Shown here one piece after another: positions 59,779-64,000 of a stretch of 64,000 bases of DNA. Where the stretch lies: positions 512,001 to 576,000 of the forward strand of contig CAVPPB010000003.1 in NCBI GenBank assembly GCA_963707215.1, read 5' to 3'. The DNA is from an uncultured Chloroflexia bacterium (GTDB lineage Bacteria > Chloroflexota > Limnocylindria > Limnocylindrales > CSP1-4). The first letter of the stretch is position 1; every line of letters begins with the position of its first letter. Below the pieces are notes generated by a model, which did not search any database, was not told the DNA's origin, and was given only the letters and a program-made list of their open reading frames with translations. Both the position numbers and the translations under genes were made by a program.

Positions 59779-60600
59779 ATGACCCAGCTGCCAGAGGACT
59801 CCCGCGTCATCGCCGAGGACGCCGAGCAGTACAACGCGTCGCTGGTCCGGCGCGTCGACCTGTCCAACGACCTCGCCTACCTGTGGGTCCGCTTCGACGG
59901 GCCCCCGGTCCACTTCGAGCCCGGTCAGTACATGACGATCGGGATCGTCGCCGACGACAAGATGCTCCAGCGGCCGTACTCGGTGGCCTCGGCCCCCAGC
60001 GTGGCCGGGACGGAGGGCTACGAGTTCTTCGTCCGGCTCGTGCCGATCATCCGGTTCACGACGGCGCTGTGGCGCCTGCCGGTGGGTCAGCGGATGCGGA
60101 TGATCGGGCCCAAGGGACGCTTCATGCTCGAGCCGGAGGACGACCGGACGCACCTCTACGTCTCGACCGGGACCGGCATCGCGCCGTTCATCTCGATGAT
60201 CCGCGAGACCCGGGGCCAGGGTCGGCCGCGCAAGACGGTCGTCGTCAACGGGGTCTCGTACGCCGACGAGCTCGGCTACCGCGACGAGCTGGAGGCGTTC
60301 GAGGAGTACGGCGGCTATCCGCTGGCCTACGTGCCGACCGTGTCGCGGCCCGCCGACCCCCGCAACGCTGGCTGGACGGGCCGGACCGGGCGCGTCGAGG
60401 GGGTCATCCGGGACGTCTGCCGCGACCTGAAGCTCCGCCCCGAGAAGACGGTCGTCTACATCTGCGGCAACCCGGAGATGATCCTCAACGTCGAGTCGGT
60501 CCTGATGGACGCCGGCTTCCCCGAGTTCCACGTCAAGAAGGAGCTCTACTGGCCGAAGGGGAAGGCCCCGGCCAAGGCCCCGGCCCCGACCGCCGGCTAG
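59779..60600 (+). CDS. fpr: Ferredoxin--NADP+ reductase family protein
   Basis: FEPGQY, RPYSVAS, STGTGIAPFISM, YICGNPEM, ELYW. Confidence 0.88.
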   Translation: MTQLPEDSRVIAEDAEQYNASLVRRVDLSNDLAYLWVRFDGPPVHFEPGQYMTIGIVADDKMLQRPYSVASAPSVAGTEGYEFFVRLVPIIRFTTALWRLPVGQRMRMIGPKGRFMLEPEDDRTHLYVSTGTGIAPFISMIRETRGQGRPRKTVVVNGVSYADELGYRDELEAFEEYGGYPLAYVPTVSRPADPRNAGWTGRTGRVEGVIRDVCRDLKLRPEKTVVYICGNPEMILNVESVLMDAGFPEFHVKKELYWPKGKAPAKAPAPTAG

Positions 60601-60618
60601 CCGGAATGGGCCGGCGCG

Positions 60619-61557
60619 TCAGGCGCCCGCGCCCCACCAGTCGAGCACCCGCAGCGCGCGAAGGGTGTTCCAGCGGCTCGGGGAGCCGACGCCGCCCTCG
60701 AGGTCGAAGTGGACCTGCCCGGGGTGGACCCGGTCGAGCAGCCAGCGGCCGTCGGGCTGCCGCTTCGATCGCACGACCTCTACGGCCTCGGCCATCCTGG
60801 GGTCACGGTCGGCGCCCGCGGCTCGGAAGTAGTCGAGCGCGCGCAGCAGGTCGTAGTGCCAGTAGTAGGGGAACGCGAAGTCGAGATAGGCGGGATCGGC
60901 GACCTCGCCGGTGCTCCTGCGCCGGAAGAGGCCGCGCTCGAGGAGGTACGCCTCACCGCCATGGCGGGCAGCGCGCACCTCCGCTGACCCGCCGGTCGCC
61001 CGCTCGAACGCCAGCAGTCCGTCGAGCACGTTGATCGTCGTGTCGAAGGACGACCGGACCGAGCCGTTCTCGACCTCGCAGTTCCAGCCGCCGTCGTCGA
61101 GCCGCTCAGCGAGGATCCGCTCGACGATCGGAGCGACGTCCACCCCGAAGACGGCCCCGATCTCGATCGTCCGGCCGTTGATGCACGGCTCCACCTCGCC
61201 GTCGAAGTAGCGCTGCCCGGCGTGCTCCCAGCGCCCGTTCTCGGCGACGAGCCCGATCGCCCGGCGGGCGGACGTCGACGCCGGGTCGAGCCCGCAGAGC
61301 TGCAGCGTCTGGAGCGTGTGCATCGTGGCCGTCCAGGGCTGGCCCGGTCCCCCGCCGTCGAAGTCGGCCGGGAAGCAGGCACCGCCCGCCCAGAGCCCGT
61401 CGGGTCCCTCCAGCGCCAGCAGCCGGGCAGCCCAGCCGTCGCGCTCGACCCGGGCTCGTGCGGCCGCCACGTCCTCCGACGACGCGCGCTCCAGATCGCG
61501 GAGCACCTGCCAACGGATGGCGGGGTCGCCGTCGAGGAGCCAGCCGATGACGTCCAT
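60619..61557 (-). CDS. Prenyltransferase/squalene-cyclase-like alpha-barrel protein
   Basis: WLLDGDPAIRWQV.RDL, EPCING, DGGWNCE, YYWHYDLLRALDY, SRWNTLRALRVL. Confidence 0.8.
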   Translation of the reverse strand: MDVIGWLLDGDPAIRWQVLRDLERASSEDVAAARARVERDGWAARLLALEGPDGLWAGGACFPADFDGGGPGQPWTATMHTLQTLQLCGLDPASTSARRAIGLVAENGRWEHAGQRYFDGEVEPCINGRTIEIGAVFGVDVAPIVERILAERLDDGGWNCEVENGSVRSSFDTTINVLDGLLAFERATGGSAEVRAARHGGEAYLLERGLFRRRSTGEVADPAYLDFAFPYYWHYDLLRALDYFRAAGADRDPRMAEAVEVVRSKRQPDGRWLLDRVHPGQVHFDLEGGVGSPSRWNTLRALRVLDWWGAGA

Positions 61558-61655
61558 CGCGGCAGGGTACCGCGCCGGGCCCGCGGTCCGGGGCGCCCGC
61601 GTGGCGGGACTCCCAGACGCTACCCTCTTGGGGTGAGCGACCGGACCGCGCCCCG

Positions 61656-64000
61656 ATGAGCATCCCTGCTACCCAGAACGGCCGCCTCGTCCCGTACCTC
61701 CCGCGCCTGGCGATCCAGTGGGCGGCAGAGGACCCGGACGCCCGGGTGCGCGAGGAGGACGGGTCCCTCGTCTTCGTGGACATCTCGGGCTTCACGAAGA
61801 TGTCCGAGCGCCTGGCCCGGCACGGCAGGGTCGGCGCCGAGGAGGTCACCGACGTCCTGGGGGCGGTCTTCACCCGGCTGCTCGCGGTCGCCTACGCCGA
61901 GGGTGCCGGGCTCCTGAAGTTCGGCGGCGACGCGCTGCTCCTCTGGTTCGCCGGGGACGACCACCCGGCGCGGGCCGTCCGAGCCGCCCACGGCATGCGG
62001 GCCACGCTCCGCTCCATCGGCGCCGTCGAGACGACGGCCGGCAAGGTCACCCTCCGGATGTCGATCGGGGTCAACAGCGGGCGCTTCCACTTCTTCCTCG
62101 TGGGCGGGTCCCATCGCGAGATGCTGGTGACCGGCCCCGCCGCTACCGAGACGGTCCGCATGGAATCGGCGGCGACGGCCGGGGAGATCCTCCTGAGCCC
62201 GGCGACGGCGGCCCACCTGCCGGAGCGGCTCGTCGGACAGGCCAAGGGACCCGGCCGACTCCTGCGGTCGGCGCCGCCGGGCCTCAGCCGCGAGGGCGCC
62301 GGCTCCGAGATCCTGGCGGGCCTGCCGGACCTGGCGACCTACGTCCCGCTGGCCCTCCGCGAGCCGATCCTGGCCGGGACCGAGCCCGAGCATCGCTCCG
62401 CGACCGTCGCCTTCGTCCACTTCGACGGGACCGACGAGCTCATCGATCGGGAAGGACCGGAGGCGACGGCCGATGCCCTCGACGAGCTGGTCCGCGCCGT
62501 CCAGGAGGCCGTGGACGAGCAGGGCGTCGGCTTCCTGGCCTCGGACATCGACGCCGACGGGGGCAAGCTGATCCTGACCGCCGGCGTGCCCCGGATGGTC
62601 GGCGACGACGAGGAACGGATGCTCCTGGCGCTGCGGCGGATCGTCGAGGTCGAGCGTCGGCTGCCGGTCCGCGTCGGCGTGAACCGCGGTCCGGTCTTCT
62701 CGGGCGACGTCGGACCGAGCTATCGGCGGACCTACACGGTCATGGGCGACCCGGTGAACCTCGCCGCCCGACTCATGGCCAAGGCGGGTCCCGGCCAGGT
62801 CTTCGCGACCGCGGCCGTCCTGGAGAGCTCGGCGACCCGCTTCGAGACGACCGAGCTCGAGCCGTTCATGGTCAAGGGCAAGGCTCGGCCGGTCCAGGCC
62901 TGGGCCGTCGGGCCTCGGATCGGGCGACCGAAGCGAACCGCGGCCGAAGACCTCCCGCTCACGGGGCGCGACGACGAGCTCGGCCTGCTCTCCGAGGCCC
63001 AGGACACGGCCCGGGCCGGACGCCGCCGGACGGTCGTCCTCCAGGGCGAGGCCGGCCTCGGCAAGACGCGGCTCCTCGATGCGCTGCTCGAGCGTGGCGC
63101 GGACTTCGAGGTCTTCGGGGCGACGGGCGAGACATTCACCTCGACGACCCCGTACGTGGCCTGGCGCGACGTGCTCCGCGAGATGATGGGCGTGTCCTGG
63201 GACGACCCGTCCCCGGTCGTGGTCGGCCGGCTGCGCGAGCTGGTCGAGGCGCACGACACCGGCCTCCTGCCGTGGGTTCCACTCATCGCGACCGCCGCGG
63301 ACGCGGACGCGGAGCCGACGCCCGAGGTCGCTGCGCTGGCCCCCGAGTACCGTCGCCCTCGCCTCCACCAGGCGGTCGTCGACCTCCTGCGGGGCCTCCG
63401 GACATCGCCGACCCTGTTCGCCTTCGAGGACGCCCACCTGATGGACGAGGCGTCCGCCGACCTGCTGCGAGCGATCGCCGAGGACCCACGGGAGGACCGG
63501 CCATGGCTCGTCCTCGCCCTCCGGAGGCCCGAGGGCCAGGGCTTCGCTCCGTCCGAGTCGCCCGCGGTCCGGACCCTGGACCTCTCGCCGCTGGGACCGG
63601 AGGCCACCACGGCCCTCGCCCGGATCGTGACCGACGACGCACCGCTCCCCGAGCGGGTCCTGCTCGAGACGATCGACCGATCGGCCGGCAACCCGCAGCT
63701 GCTCCTCGACCTCGTCCACGCAGCACGCTCGGGCGACGGGTCCCTGCCCGAATCGGTCGAGGCCGCGGCGACCGTCCGGATCGACGCCCTCGCCCCGCAC
63801 GACCGACAGCTCGTCCGCCGGGTCTCGGTCTTCGGCCTCGCCTTCCACCCGCGCTTCCTGCCCGACGTCCTCGACGAGGAGGCGCCCCGGCCGACCCGGC
63901 GCACCTGGGACCGCCTGGCCGACTTCTTCGAGGCCGAGGCGGACGGCTACCTGCGCTTCCGGCGGGCGGTCGTCCGGGACGCGGCCTACGCCGGCCTTCC
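61656..64000 (+). CDS. Class III adenylate/guanylate cyclase (tandem domains) + AAA ATPase, runs off the window end (not in ORF track)
   Basis: Hand translation: VFVDISGFTKMSE, LLKFGGDAL, YTVMGDPVNLAARLM, Walker A GEAGLGKT, FEDAH. Confidence 0.9.
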   Translation, partial: MSIPATQNGRLVPYLPRLAIQWAAEDPDARVREEDGSLVFVDISGFTKMSERLARHGRVGAEEVTDVLGAVFTRLLAVAYAEGAGLLKFGGDALLLWFAGDDHPARAVRAAHGMRATLRSIGAVETTAGKVTLRMSIGVNSGRFHFFLVGGSHREMLVTGPAATETVRMESAATAGEILLSPATAAHLPERLVGQAKGPGRLLRSAPPGLSREGAGSEILAGLPDLATYVPLALREPILAGTEPEHRSATVAFVHFDGTDELIDREGPEATADALDELVRAVQEAVDEQGVGFLASDIDADGGKLILTAGVPRMVGDDEERMLLALRRIVEVERRLPVRVGVNRGPVFSGDVGPSYRRTYTVMGDPVNLAARLMAKAGPGQVFATAAVLESSATRFETTELEPFMVKGKARPVQAWAVGPRIGRPKRTAAEDLPLTGRDDELGLLSEAQDTARAGRRRTVVLQGEAGLGKTRLLDALLERGADFEVFGATGETFTSTTPYVAWRDVLREMMGVSWDDPSPVVVGRLRELVEAHDTGLLPWVPLIATAADADAEPTPEVAALAPEYRRPRLHQAVVDLLRGLRTSPTLFAFEDAHLMDEASADLLRAIAEDPREDRPWLVLALRRPEGQGFAPSESPAVRTLDLSPLGPEATTALARIVTDDAPLPERVLLETIDRSAGNPQLLLDLVHAARSGDGSLPESVEAAATVRIDALAPHDRQLVRRVSVFGLAFHPRFLPDVLDEEAPRPTRRTWDRLADFFEAEADGYLRFRRAVVRDAAYAGL

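Overview
A very GC-rich bacterial chromosomal window. The lineage is inferred only from gene content and style, most likely Chloroflexota (Limnocylindria/Ellin6529-like) or Actinomycetota. From left to right: (1) metY-metX, two hypothetical genes, and tRNA-Gln(CTG) directly followed by glnS. (2) A nine-gene CODH/acetyl-CoA synthase operon, cooC-cooS-acsB-acsC-acsV-acsF-DUF3786-acsD-acsE (6255-17699), with no formate/THF-reduction genes in the window. (3) A roughly 29 kb contractile injection system (CIS) locus with Streptomyces-like gene order. It has sheath, two tubes, a chaperone pair, LysM, VgrG, PAAR, gp25, baseplate, AAA ATPase, DUF4255 and DUF4157, but no recognisable tail fibre, lysis, capsid or T6SS membrane genes. 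It is flanked by an atypical LuxR regulator, a MalT/BTAD regulator and a five-gene operon of membrane-anchored or secreted proteins. (4) Housekeeping genes: ndh, a kinase-aminotransferase fusion, ppdK, fpr and a truncated cyclase-ATPase. The main leads are the CIS envelope operon with two CisA-like adaptors, a TTGCCC-N4-GGGCAG palindrome in CIS promoter regions, a candidate -1 frameshift site joining the CIS chaperone genes, and QR-motif cargo candidates. Four single-base insertions (glnS, the Ig-like gene, sheath twice) look like sequencing errors. All family assignments come from motif recognition by eye; no database searches were run.
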